A DNA stretch of 64,000 nt from an uncultured Ignavibacteriales bacterium (GCA_964489705.1 CAZAZQ010000015.1:3393-67392); one strand, 5' to 3'. Counted from the first letter of the stretch, positions 9,933-19,151 are shown. Program-made: numbers and translations. Notes: generated from the letters alone by a model not told the origin.

Positions 9933-10358
9933 ATGCCGCGGTATGAATTGACGTATCCTTCCCGGACGGCATCCGAAGGGGAGATGTACGAGCAGGTGCT
10001 GGGACTGCTTCGTAAGCACGGTCTTTCCCCGCACGTGGAAAATCGAATCATGCTGGCAATTTCCGAGGCGTTTACCAACGCCTTGGTCCACGGCAATCGT
10101 CGGGAGGCAAAAAAAGAGATAAAATTGATAATCAATATAAATGAGAAAGAAGTTACTGCCGATGTAATGGATGAAGGAGAGGGGGGGCTTGAGCGGATAA
10201 ACCGGCGTTTGCCTCCGACGGTTCACTCAGAAGGAGGACGAGGAATTGATCTTATTCGGCATTATTCCGACGACGTTCGTTTCGAAGAAAAGGAGCAGGG
10301 AGGCTTACGGGTCTCTATGCGATTTGACGTACAGAAGAAAAACAGCGTGATGTATTGA
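9933..10358 (+). CDS. RsbW/SpoIIAB-like anti-sigma factor serine kinase (HATPase_c_2)
   Basis: 141 aa with the N-box EAFTNALVHGN and the G-box DEGEGG..GGRGIDLIR. It lies between a PP2C phosphatase gene and a STAS gene. Confidence 0.8.
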   Translation: MPRYELTYPSRTASEGEMYEQVLGLLRKHGLSPHVENRIMLAISEAFTNALVHGNRREAKKEIKLIININEKEVTADVMDEGEGGLERINRRLPPTVHSEGGRGIDLIRHYSDDVRFEEKEQGGLRVSMRFDVQKKNSVMY

Positions 10359-10381
10359 GAGAAATAGAAGTGGAGGAAATC

Positions 10382-10732
10382 ATGGAAATTACCGTCAGAG
10401 AAGATTCGCATGTCACCATCCTCAATCTGAAAGGACGGTTGGACTTGGCGACAGGTTCCGCGCTGAAAGAGCAAATCAAGAAGCTGTTTGAGCAAGAGAA
10501 GACCGCCATCCATCTCAATTTGGGCGATGTCGAGTTCATCAACAGTTCCGGATTGGGTGCTTTGGTGTCTATCATGAAAGAGGTGCGCTTGCGCAAAGGA
10601 CGCCTGACGCTGTCGAATTTGGCGAGCTACGTTCAGGAGATTTTTGAAATTACGCAGCTTTCGCATATTTTTGAAATCTTCCCAACCGAAGAAGAAGCCC
10701 TGAACTCCTATCAGCCGGTTGCGACGAAGTAA
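10382..10732 (+). CDS. STAS-domain anti-anti-sigma factor (RsbV/SpoIIAA-like)
   Basis: MEITVRED..ILNLKGRLD..FINSSGLGAL contains the phosphorylatable Ser context (INSSGLG). I chose ATG 10382 because GGAGG lies 6 nt upstream. The ORF track's TTG at 10355 is the alternative start. Confidence 0.8.
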   Translation: MEITVREDSHVTILNLKGRLDLATGSALKEQIKKLFEQEKTAIHLNLGDVEFINSSGLGALVSIMKEVRLRKGRLTLSNLASYVQEIFEITQLSHIFEIFPTEEEALNSYQPVATK

Positions 10733-10773
10733 CCTCGTCGTGTCCCGAACATTAAAATGGAGGGGTGTAGCTC

Positions 10774-12684
10774 ATGAATAGTGTTACGGATCGGATTGGG
10801 CAGCTTTTGGCGCAGTTGCAGTCGCCGGACTTCTTTGAGCGGGAAGAAGCGGTCAAGGAACTGGGAACGTTCAGCGAGGATGAAGCGGTCGCGGGGCTCG
10901 TTTTAGCGCTGGAGGATTCCGACCTCGGTATCCGGGAGTTGGCGGCTGAGTTCTTGGGGAAGATGAAAGGGGAAATCACCGCCCAGCTTCTCATCCGTTT
11001 TCTCAGCCACGAAGATATCGGCACCCGCAACTTGGCGGCGGAAATTCTGGTGCGTATCGGCACTCCGGCTGTGGCGCCGTTGGTGGAAGCGTTGCAGAGC
11101 GACGACCACGACGTGCGAAAGTTTGCGGCGGATATCCTGGGTTTAATCAAAGACGAAGCCGCCGTCGATGCTTTGTGTCGGGCGCTTGAAGATGAAAATG
11201 CCAACGTGGTGTGCTCCGCCGCCGAAGCGTTGGGGGAGATCGGCTCTCCGAAAGCTATTCCGGCGTTGGTGGCGGCGTACGACCGGGTCGAAGACGTGCG
11301 ACTGCAAGCCGTCGAGGCGCTCGGAAAAATCGGGGAACCGTCGACCATCGATACCTTGTGGGGATATCTGAAGACCGACGATCCCATAATTCTGTATGCC
11401 ACCATCGAAGCCATCGGCAATATCGGGCTGCAAGATTCCGTCTGCCATCTGCGGGAATTTTTAGACCATGCCGACAGCACCATCGCCGAAGCGGCGTTGG
11501 CGGCGATTATCAATATCGCTTTGAAGCACGGAATTAAAGAGGACTGCGACCTCCCGTTGGATAAATTTACGGCTTTCTTGTTTGACGGCATCAAGAAACG
11601 CGACCCGAAAATCACGCAGTTTACGCTTACCCGGATGAAAACCTGGCATCCGAAAGAAGCCCTGGAGCAAGCCCTGGATATTCTCGAATATGTCGATGAA
11701 GAGGTCTTCGAGCAGCTTTCTCAGATTTTTCAGCAGATTCACGATGAAGCGACGCCGCTTATTCTGGAGAAATTTGCCCGCTCGCAGTCGTCGACCCGTT
11801 CGGTCTTGTTGGATGTGTTGAAGAATTTCGCCGACGAGCGCATCGCCCAGGCGTTGGAGAAATTCATCGACGATCCCGATCCGGAGGTCCGGAGGAAGAT
11901 CGCCCATGTGCTGGGCTTGTCCAACTACGCGGGAGCGGTTCCTTCTCTGAAAAAATTGGCGGGGGACGAAGTCGGGCATGTCCGCTCGGCGGCGTTCGGC
12001 GCTTTGGGATGGCTCTGCGGCGAAGAGGATGTCGATTTCCTCTTTACCGGTTTGCAGGATAAATACGCCGATGTTCGAGAAGCTTCGATGGGAGCGCTCG
12101 TCATTATCAGCGGACCCAAAGTGATTGCCAAATTTACGGCGGATCTCTACCATCCCGATGTCGAACGGCAGCGTTTGGCGGTAACGGCGTTGGGCTTCAT
12201 CGGCGAATCCGATGTCGTCGATCCGCTGATTAAAGCGGTGAACCATCCCGACGCTTCGATTCGGAAATCCGCCATCAATTCGCTGGTGCGGATCGGGGAA
12301 GTCACCCAGATCGAACCGCTGGTATTGGCGCTCAACGACGAAAACAGCAGCGTGCGCAAGGCGGCGATTTCGGCGTTGGTGGCACTTCAGGGTGAAAAAG
12401 CGATTTCCGAGATTCGCTTCTTGCTCGATGACGAGGATGTTTGGGTACGGTACCATACCATCAATGTTATCGGGGAGCTCGGCAACGAGAAGTACAGCGA
12501 GTACCTCCTGCCGTACCTCGATGATGAGCAGGACATCATCAAGATCGCCGTGACGAAGGCTTTGGCGCAGATGGGGTGCAAACGCGCTCTGCCGAAGTTG
12601 GAACAGCTTCGCCGAGAGAAGAATAAGGATCTCGTGCAGGCAGTGGAGATGGCGGTCTCAAGTCTGGAAGGGGCGCCGTCGTGA
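10774..12684 (+). CDS. HEAT-repeat (PBS-lyase-like) protein, roughly 18 repeats
   Basis: The 636-aa protein is almost entirely about 31-aa repeats of the type D..VR..AA.ALG.IG...A...L...L.D. A GGAGGGG RBS precedes the start. Confidence 0.85.
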   Translation: MNSVTDRIGQLLAQLQSPDFFEREEAVKELGTFSEDEAVAGLVLALEDSDLGIRELAAEFLGKMKGEITAQLLIRFLSHEDIGTRNLAAEILVRIGTPAVAPLVEALQSDDHDVRKFAADILGLIKDEAAVDALCRALEDENANVVCSAAEALGEIGSPKAIPALVAAYDRVEDVRLQAVEALGKIGEPSTIDTLWGYLKTDDPIILYATIEAIGNIGLQDSVCHLREFLDHADSTIAEAALAAIINIALKHGIKEDCDLPLDKFTAFLFDGIKKRDPKITQFTLTRMKTWHPKEALEQALDILEYVDEEVFEQLSQIFQQIHDEATPLILEKFARSQSSTRSVLLDVLKNFADERIAQALEKFIDDPDPEVRRKIAHVLGLSNYAGAVPSLKKLAGDEVGHVRSAAFGALGWLCGEEDVDFLFTGLQDKYADVREASMGALVIISGPKVIAKFTADLYHPDVERQRLAVTALGFIGESDVVDPLIKAVNHPDASIRKSAINSLVRIGEVTQIEPLVLALNDENSSVRKAAISALVALQGEKAISEIRFLLDDEDVWVRYHTINVIGELGNEKYSEYLLPYLDDEQDIIKIAVTKALAQMGCKRALPKLEQLRREKNKDLVQAVEMAVSSLEGAPS

Positions 12685-13061
12685 GTACCCATACGATTTT
12701 AGTTGTGGACGATGAGCTGTTGATTCGGGATTTGCTCTATGATTTTTTTCAAGGGCAAGGCTGGGAAATAGCGGTGGCGGAGAACGGGGAAAAAGCTCTG
12801 GAAATTCTTCGCTCCCGCCAGATTGACCTAGTGCTTACCGACATCAAAATGCCGCACATGGACGGCTTGACTTTGACCTCCGAGATGCGGGAGTCGTATC
12901 CCGACATTCCGGTGGTGCTCATGACGGGATATCCCTCGGTCGAGTCAGCCGTGACGGCATTGCGGAACAAAGCCGCCGATTACATCACCAAGCCGTTTAA
13001 TATCAACCAGCTCTATAAGGTAGTGGAAGCCAAGGTAAAGGAAAAGGAAGCGGGGGCGTAA
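12681..13061 (+). CDS. Single-domain response regulator (receiver only)
   Basis: It has a canonical REC layout: ILVVDDE, LVLTDIKMPHMDG, MTGY, ITKPF. The GTGA start overlaps the HEAT gene stop. Confidence 0.9.
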   Translation: MSTHTILVVDDELLIRDLLYDFFQGQGWEIAVAENGEKALEILRSRQIDLVLTDIKMPHMDGLTLTSEMRESYPDIPVVLMTGYPSVESAVTALRNKAADYITKPFNINQLYKVVEAKVKEKEAGA

Positions 13062-13065
13062 CATC

Positions 13066-13539
13066 ATGTTTCAAGTGGAAAAAAGAGTGTTGATTGCGGA
13101 AAAGGACACGGAGACCCGACAGAAACTATCGAGCTTCCTTCGAGAGATCGGTTTTCAAACAGAGACGGTTTCAGATGCTGACCAAGTAAGAGCTACTCTT
13201 GCCGACCATGACTACGCCGTCGTCCTTTTGGATTGTCGTCTTGCCGAGGATAAGAGCCTGAGTATGCTGGGTGATTTGACCGCTCGATATCCGGAAGTTT
13301 CCGTCATTATGATGAGCGGTAATCCTTCCTTGGAGGTGGTTATCTCGGCAATGAGAAACGGCGCCTACGATTTTGTCATCAAGCCGTTTGATTTGAGCGA
13401 ATTGGGCGGCATCATCCGCAAGGCATACGACCGCTTTGAGTTGATGAAGATGTATCGTGCCATGTCCGAAAATATGCGCCGTGAAGGGGTGACGGAGGAA
13501 GGAAGCTATGCCTCCGTTGCCGCAACCACCGGGCAGTAG
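13066..13539 (+). CDS. Response regulator receiver protein with a short C-terminal tail, atypical acidic pocket
   Basis: The REC fold pattern is present (VVLLDCRL, MMSGN, VIKPF). The N-terminal acidic pair is replaced by IAEKD. Confidence 0.75.
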   Translation: MFQVEKRVLIAEKDTETRQKLSSFLREIGFQTETVSDADQVRATLADHDYAVVLLDCRLAEDKSLSMLGDLTARYPEVSVIMMSGNPSLEVVISAMRNGAYDFVIKPFDLSELGGIIRKAYDRFELMKMYRAMSENMRREGVTEEGSYASVAATTGQ

Positions 13540-13688
13540 GCGGAAGGTGAGGATAAGAAAACGCTGTCGGGAGGCAGCGAAGAGATAGATGGGAGCAAGA
13601 TAAAGTAACCGGTAAACTGAACTATGAGGGCGATCCCGGTCCCATAAAAATAAAAGAGGGTGAAGAACGTGCCTTCAGGGGGAAACGA

Positions 13689-14699
13689 ATGCTGACAAAG
13701 CCACTTGAAGAACTCAACATGACCAAAGAAGAGTTTGAGATGATCCGCGATTTCATCCATGAAAAGAGCGGAATCTTCTTTGCCGAGAACAAAATGTACC
13801 TGGTGAAAAACCGCCTCATCAAGCGGATGGAAGAGCTGGGGATTACCACCTTTCGGGATTACTTCTACCATGTGAAGTACGATACCTCCCTGAAAGAATT
13901 TCAGAAGCTCATGAATCTGATTACCACCAACGAGACGAGTTTCTTTCGGAATGAACCGCAGCTTCTTTCCTTCGCCGACGAGGTGCTTCCCTTACTGATT
14001 GAAAAGAAAAATCAGGAGGGGGGAATAAAAAGCCTGCGGATTTGGTCGGCAGGCTGTTCCACCGGGGAAGAACCGTACACCATCGCCATGATTATCTTGG
14101 AGAAACTTCCTTCCTTGGCAGGGTGGAAGGTGGAAATTATCGCCAACGATATTTCCGAGCATGCGCTCCAACAGGCGCGGAAAGGCGAGTACGCCGGAGT
14201 GACGCTTCGGAATGTCTCTCCGCAACGCTTGAATCGCTTTTTCACCAAGGTCGGGGATGTCTATCAGGTGAAGCCGGAAGTCAAAGCGCTGGTGAAATTC
14301 TCGCACATGAACCTCAACGACCCGCGCAAGATTTCCATGCATTCGAACTTTGACGTCATCTTCTGCCGGAACGTGATGATATACTTCTCCGACGAAGTGA
14401 AAAAGCAACTGGTGCGGGGCTTCTTTAATGTGCTCAAGCCGGGGGGCTATCTCTACATCGGTCACTCGGAAACCTTGCACGGCATTTCGAAAGCCTTCAA
14501 GCTGGTGTATTTCAAAAATGCGTTGGTGTATCAAAAGGAAGCCACCTCCGTTCCCACCGGGAGCGCCGCCAAGCCGTCCAAGCCGTCGTCGACAACGGCG
14601 AAAAGCCGGACACTGAAAGCCACCTCCTCGGCTTCCGACAGCGCCCGGCGGGCGATGGACCTTTTGAGCAAAATAAAACCGATGGCAGTGAACAAATAG
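13689..14699 (+). CDS. cheR: Chemotaxis protein methyltransferase CheR with a Ser/Pro/Ala-rich C-terminal tail
   Basis: CheR N-terminal helical domain (FEMIRDFIHEKSGIFF, ETSFFRN) followed by a SAM-MTase core (IWSAGCSTGEEPYTIAM, IFCRNVMIYF, PGGYLYIGHSE). Confidence 0.9.
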   Translation: MLTKPLEELNMTKEEFEMIRDFIHEKSGIFFAENKMYLVKNRLIKRMEELGITTFRDYFYHVKYDTSLKEFQKLMNLITTNETSFFRNEPQLLSFADEVLPLLIEKKNQEGGIKSLRIWSAGCSTGEEPYTIAMIILEKLPSLAGWKVEIIANDISEHALQQARKGEYAGVTLRNVSPQRLNRFFTKVGDVYQVKPEVKALVKFSHMNLNDPRKISMHSNFDVIFCRNVMIYFSDEVKKQLVRGFFNVLKPGGYLYIGHSETLHGISKAFKLVYFKNALVYQKEATSVPTGSAAKPSKPSSTTAKSRTLKATSSASDSARRAMDLLSKIKPMAVNK

Positions 14700-14727
14700 G
14701 GCAATCCAAATAGACAGGGTATCTGGT

Positions 14728-15099
14728 ATGGCACAAACAATTTTAGTCGTAGATGATTCTCCGACCGTCGTGAAGTTCGTTTCCTTCTCTTTGAAGAACG
14801 GGGGGTACAACGTCGTAACCGCCTGTGACGGGATGGATGCGATAGAAAAAATATCGAATATGTCGGAGAATGTGGACTTGGTAATTACCGATCTCAACAT
14901 GCCCAACCTCGATGGCTACGGATTGATTGACACCTTGCGACAGAACGAAAAACATCAACACACCCCTATCATTATCCTTTCTTCGGAATCCGAAGAAGAA
15001 GATAGAGAGCGCGGGTTGGAGGTTGGGGCGAACTCGTATCTGGTAAAGCCGTTTAAGTCTTCGCTGTTGCTGAGTGAAGTGGCAAAGTATTTGAAGTGA
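14728..15099 (+). CDS. CheY-like single-domain response regulator
   Basis: ILVVDDSPTV, LVITDLNMPNLDG, LSSE, LVKPF. Confidence 0.85.
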   Translation: MAQTILVVDDSPTVVKFVSFSLKNGGYNVVTACDGMDAIEKISNMSENVDLVITDLNMPNLDGYGLIDTLRQNEKHQHTPIIILSSESEEEDRERGLEVGANSYLVKPFKSSLLLSEVAKYLK

Positions 15100-15124
15100 G
15101 TTGAGGAAATTTTTGGGAGGCAGT

Positions 15125-15499
15125 ATGTCGAATCTTAAGATACTCGCCGTCGATGATAGCCCGACCATGCGGCGGATCATCATCAACACCTTGAAACGGG
15201 CAGGGTATGAGAACGTCGTCGAAGCGAGTGACGGCAAGGACGCCATGGCAAAGTTGAAGGTCGAAGACATCAACTTTGTCATCACCGATTGGAACATGCC
15301 GGAAATGGACGGATTGACGTTCGTCACGACCATTCGGGCGATGGACGAATACAAGAACCTGCCGATTTTGATGGTAACCACCCGTTCCGTCAAGGATGAT
15401 ATTGTGGAGGCATTGAAAGCGGGGGTGAACAATTACATCGTCAAGCCGTTTACCCCTGACACCCTCAAGCAAAAGATAGAACAGGTGCTGGCGGGATAG
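15125..15499 (+). CDS. cheY: Chemotaxis response regulator CheY
   Basis: Classical CheY pattern: KILAVDDSPTMRRI, FVITDWNMPEMDG, MVTT, NNYIVKPFT. I chose ATG 15125 because GGGAGG lies 4 nt upstream. The track's TTG at 15101 is unlikely. Confidence 0.9.
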   Translation: MSNLKILAVDDSPTMRRIIINTLKRAGYENVVEASDGKDAMAKLKVEDINFVITDWNMPEMDGLTFVTTIRAMDEYKNLPILMVTTRSVKDDIVEALKAGVNNYIVKPFTPDTLKQKIEQVLAG

Positions 15500-15533
15500 C
15501 AGGCGGAGCACAACATAGGAAAGGAGCCGTGGA

Positions 15534-16130
15534 ATGTCCAAGTCTGAGGAAGTCCGGATACAACTGGAGAAGGAAATCGTCGAGCTTACCCAGGCGATTA
15601 ACGAGATTGTATGTAAGTTCAAAAAAATGCGCCATCCGCTAGCCGAGTCCCGCAAGCAAGTACCGAAGGCAACCGAGCAACTCGATAAAATCACCCAGCA
15701 AACCGAAGCCGCCACTCACCGAATGCTTGATGTCGTGGAACAGATTACCCAGCGGGAGGAGGAGGTTGTCAAGGGATTGACTGAAATCTCCGCCTGGGCT
15801 GAGAAGGGACGGGTTGCCGATATCCAAACGTTGTCCCAAACCTTGAAAGAGCATGCCGAAGCGACCATTGCGGATACCTACACCATTTTGGATGCGTTGC
15901 AGTTTCAAGATATTACCTCCCAACAGATGAACCATGCCGCTTCACTCTTGGAAGAGATAGAAGAGAAATTGCACCAGATTGTGACGGTGTTGCACGGCAA
16001 GGAAGTCCCGCCGACGGGAGGGAAGAAAGCCAAAAAAGAGCGGGCGTATGATCCCCACGCCGACCTGTTCGAGAAAAAGACGAATCAGGCGGAGGTGGAT
16101 AGCCTTATCGCCAACAAAGCTCAAATGTGA
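15534..16130 (+). CDS. CheZ-like CheY-P phosphatase
   Basis: 198-aa helical protein located between cheY and cheA. Its motif LQFQDITSQQMNH resembles the CheZ active-site region (D..Q, FQDLTGQ in E. coli). Confidence 0.6.
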   Translation: MSKSEEVRIQLEKEIVELTQAINEIVCKFKKMRHPLAESRKQVPKATEQLDKITQQTEAATHRMLDVVEQITQREEEVVKGLTEISAWAEKGRVADIQTLSQTLKEHAEATIADTYTILDALQFQDITSQQMNHAASLLEEIEEKLHQIVTVLHGKEVPPTGGKKAKKERAYDPHADLFEKKTNQAEVDSLIANKAQM

Positions 16131-16142
16131 TGGAAAGAAGCG

Positions 16143-18014
16143 ATGTCTGAAGATACCGGGATTCAGCAAGATGAGATGCGGGAAATCATCGAGGATTTCC
16201 TGGTCGAAGCGGAAGAACTCATCAATTCATTGGACAATAATTTCGTCAAGCTCGAATCGTCGCCGAATGATTTGGATCTCTTGAACGAAATTTTCCGTGC
16301 CATCCACACGATTAAAGGAACGTCGAGTTTTCTCGGTTTCGAGCAGGTGACGACGCTGTCCCACCGCATGGAGGATATCCTCAACAAGCTTCGGAAATCC
16401 GAGATGGTCGTGACGCCCGATGTGATGGATCTGCTTTTGGAATCGCTGGATATTTTGAAAGGCTTGCTGGAAAATGTTCATGCCGGTTCTTCGGAAGAGG
16501 TAGACCTCGACGATATCCTCGCCCGTTTGACGGCAGCGTTGACCAGTCAAGACGGAGAAGCCTCGGCTGCTTCTTCCGACTCTTCTGAAAGCGCTCCCGT
16601 CTCTTCACCTTCCGTGGCTGAAACTTCCCCGGAGAAGGCTACGGTAGAAGAGTTCTCGTCCCCATCGGCGGAAGGAAAAGAGCCTCAGCCGCAAGAAGCG
16701 GCTTCCTCGTCCCCTGCTCCAGAAACGTCGCAGCCTTCGCCAGCAGAAACAACCGCTGCTGCTCCCCAAGCAAAAACAGCACCCAAGGAGAAACCGACGC
16801 CCAAAGAGAAGAAGCATGTCGTCGAACAGACGATTCGCGTCGATGTAGAACGGCTTGATACCTTGATGAATATGATGGGCGAGCTGGTGCTGGGTCGCAA
16901 CAGCCTGGTGCAAAGTGTCAACAAGCTGAATACGGAGCACGAAAGCGATTACAACTTGGAGCAGTTGAACAAGGCGACTACGGCAGTCAACTTCATCACC
17001 ACCGAGTTGCAAATGGCGGTGATGAAAATGCGCATGCAGCCCATCAGCAAGGTGTTCAACCGCTTTCCTCGCCTGGTGCGGGATCTGGCGCGCGAGACGA
17101 AAAAACAAATCGAATTGAAGCTGGCGGGAGAAACGACCGAGCTCGATAAGTCCGTCATCGAGGAGATCGGCGACCCGCTGGTGCATATCATCCGCAACGC
17201 GTGTGACCATGGGCTGGAATCTCCGGAAGAGCGAATCGCCAAAGGAAAGCCGCCCACCGGTACGGTGAAGTTGACCGCCAGCCAGGAGGGCTCAAATATC
17301 GTCATAAAAATCGAAGACGACGGACGGGGCTTCGACGTCGAAGCGATCCGTGCCAAGGCGGTCGAGCGCGGCTTGGCGACCCAGCAGGATGTCGACAAGA
17401 TGACCGACCCGGAAGTTTTTCGGTTTGTCTTCGAGCCGGGATTCTCGACGGCGAAGGTGATAACTGACGTCTCCGGGCGCGGAGTGGGGATGGACGTCGT
17501 TCGCTCCAACATTGAAAAGCTCAACGGCTTGATCGAGCTGGCGTCGGAGAAAGATGTCGGCACCACGATTACAATTAAATTGCCGCTCACCCTGGCGATT
17601 GTTCAGGGATTGTTGGTGGAATCGGACGGCGAAATCTTCATTCTTCCGCTCGCCTCGGTATTGGAGACGGTCAAAACCGAGCAGTCGGAGATTTACTTTG
17701 TTAATCAACGTCCCATTCTCAAACTTCGTGACAGTATCATTCCTATCGTAAACTTAGTCGAAGTTCTCCATGCCCGACCGTCCAGCTTCGAGCTGACGGA
17801 AAAACCGTACATTGTTGTCGTCGGCTTGGCGGACAAGAAGTTGGGGTTGATAGTCGATAGGTTCCTCGGGCAGGAGGAAGTCGTTATCAAATCACTCGGA
17901 AGTTACTTGGGAACGACCGAGGGAATAGCGGGGGCAACTATCCTCGGCGATGGGCGGATTCGTCTTATTGTCGATCTTATCGGTCTTTTCAACATTGCCA
18001 AGCGGCTGACCTAA
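16143..18014 (+). CDS. cheA: Chemotaxis histidine kinase CheA (P1-linker-P3-P4-P5; no recognisable P2)
   Basis: Hpt domain with IFRAIHTIKGTSSFLG, dimerisation region TIRVDVERLDTLMNMMGELV, HATPase boxes (HIIRNACDHG, DDGRGF, GFST..SGRGVGMDVV) and a C-terminal CheW-like domain. Confidence 0.95.
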   Translation: MSEDTGIQQDEMREIIEDFLVEAEELINSLDNNFVKLESSPNDLDLLNEIFRAIHTIKGTSSFLGFEQVTTLSHRMEDILNKLRKSEMVVTPDVMDLLLESLDILKGLLENVHAGSSEEVDLDDILARLTAALTSQDGEASAASSDSSESAPVSSPSVAETSPEKATVEEFSSPSAEGKEPQPQEAASSSPAPETSQPSPAETTAAAPQAKTAPKEKPTPKEKKHVVEQTIRVDVERLDTLMNMMGELVLGRNSLVQSVNKLNTEHESDYNLEQLNKATTAVNFITTELQMAVMKMRMQPISKVFNRFPRLVRDLARETKKQIELKLAGETTELDKSVIEEIGDPLVHIIRNACDHGLESPEERIAKGKPPTGTVKLTASQEGSNIVIKIEDDGRGFDVEAIRAKAVERGLATQQDVDKMTDPEVFRFVFEPGFSTAKVITDVSGRGVGMDVVRSNIEKLNGLIELASEKDVGTTITIKLPLTLAIVQGLLVESDGEIFILPLASVLETVKTEQSEIYFVNQRPILKLRDSIIPIVNLVEVLHARPSSFELTEKPYIVVVGLADKKLGLIVDRFLGQEEVVIKSLGSYLGTTEGIAGATILGDGRIRLIVDLIGLFNIAKRLT

Positions 18015-18026
18015 GGGGAAGCGTCA

Positions 18027-19151
18027 ATGGCTCTTATGTCCGAACAACAGATACGCATTCTTGTGGTGGACGACTCGGCGTTCATGCGCAAAGCATTGAG
18101 CATGATGCTCGAATCCGATCCGAGCATCAAGGTCGTCGGCACCGCCCGCGACGGAGCCGAAGGAGTCGAGAAAGTCAAGCTCCTCAAGCCGGACTTGGTC
18201 ACCATGGACATCGAAATGCCGCGCATGGACGGCTTAGCCGCCTTGCGGGAGATTATGACCACCAACCCGGTGCCGGTCATGATGGTTTCCTCTTTGACGA
18301 CGGAAGGGGCGGATGCCACCATGAAGGCGCTGGAAATGGGCGCGGTGGATTTCATCCCCAAGCAGTTGTCATACGTAAGCCTCGATATCGTCAAAATCAA
18401 AGAAGAACTGCTGGCGAAAATAAAGGATATTGTTCGGCGCAAGAATATCCTGATGGCGCGGTATAAAGTTCGCGCTCTCGGTTCTCCAAAACAAGCTGCG
18501 ACGACACCGACAGCTTCCCGTCCCACCACACCCTCAACGCGGGTGCCGACTGCCGGAGGCAAAACCGCCGCCAAAAAACATCATGTCATCAACATTATCA
18601 GTATAGGTTCTTCGACAGGAGGACCGCTGGCGCTTCAGACGGTTATTGCCAACCTGCCGCGGAACTTGCCGGTGCCGATTCTCATCGCTCAGCACATGCC
18701 GCCGATGTTCACCAAGTCGCTTGCCGAGCGGTTGGACGCCCTCGCCCAGTTGAAGGTGAAGGAAGCCGAAGACGGGGAGTGGACTCAACCCGGAAGCGTC
18801 TATATTGCTCCCGGCGGCAAGCACTTGACGGTACGGAAGGTGGGCTCTCGTAGTCAACTGATGGTGTCGCCGGAGCCGAAAGATACGTTGTATCATCCCT
18901 GCGTCGATATCCTGATGCTTTCTGTCGCCGAGGCGTTCGGCGGCTTTGCCATGGGGGTTATTCTGACCGGCATGGGAGATAACGGCGTCGTGGGATTAAA
19001 AAAGCTTAAAGAAAAGGGCGGCGTGGTTATCGCCCAAGATGAAGCATCCAGCGTCGTCTATGGGATGCCTCGTGCGGTGGTGGAAGCAAAGCTGCCGGAT
19101 GCGGTAGCGTCTCTTGAGGACATTCCCGCCGAAATTGCCAGCTACTTTTAA
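18027..19151 (+). CDS. cheB: Protein-glutamate methylesterase/glutaminase CheB (REC plus esterase)
   Basis: REC domain (ILVVDDSAFMR, LVTMDIEMPRMDG), a Pro/Thr-rich linker, and an esterase domain (IGSSTGGP, QHMP, GMGDNG, VYGMP). Confidence 0.95.
   Translation: MALMSEQQIRILVVDDSAFMRKALSMMLESDPSIKVVGTARDGAEGVEKVKLLKPDLVTMDIEMPRMDGLAALREIMTTNPVPVMMVSSLTTEGADATMKALEMGAVDFIPKQLSYVSLDIVKIKEELLAKIKDIVRRKNILMARYKVRALGSPKQAATTPTASRPTTPSTRVPTAGGKTAAKKHHVINIISIGSSTGGPLALQTVIANLPRNLPVPILIAQHMPPMFTKSLAERLDALAQLKVKEAEDGEWTQPGSVYIAPGGKHLTVRKVGSRSQLMVSPEPKDTLYHPCVDILMLSVAEAFGGFAMGVILTGMGDNGVVGLKKLKEKGGVVIAQDEASSVVYGMPRAVVEAKLPDAVASLEDIPAEIASYF

Noticed and set aside
10752-12456. Long antisense ORFs (e.g. 10752..11615, 11461..12456; likewise 35611..36864, 38413..39378, 40518..41774, 45595..46542, 52285..53310, 59646..60266)
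   Set aside because: Each lies opposite a confidently identified gene. Their composition is low-complexity and Arg/Gly/Pro-rich, with no motifs, which is typical of stop-poor antisense frames.
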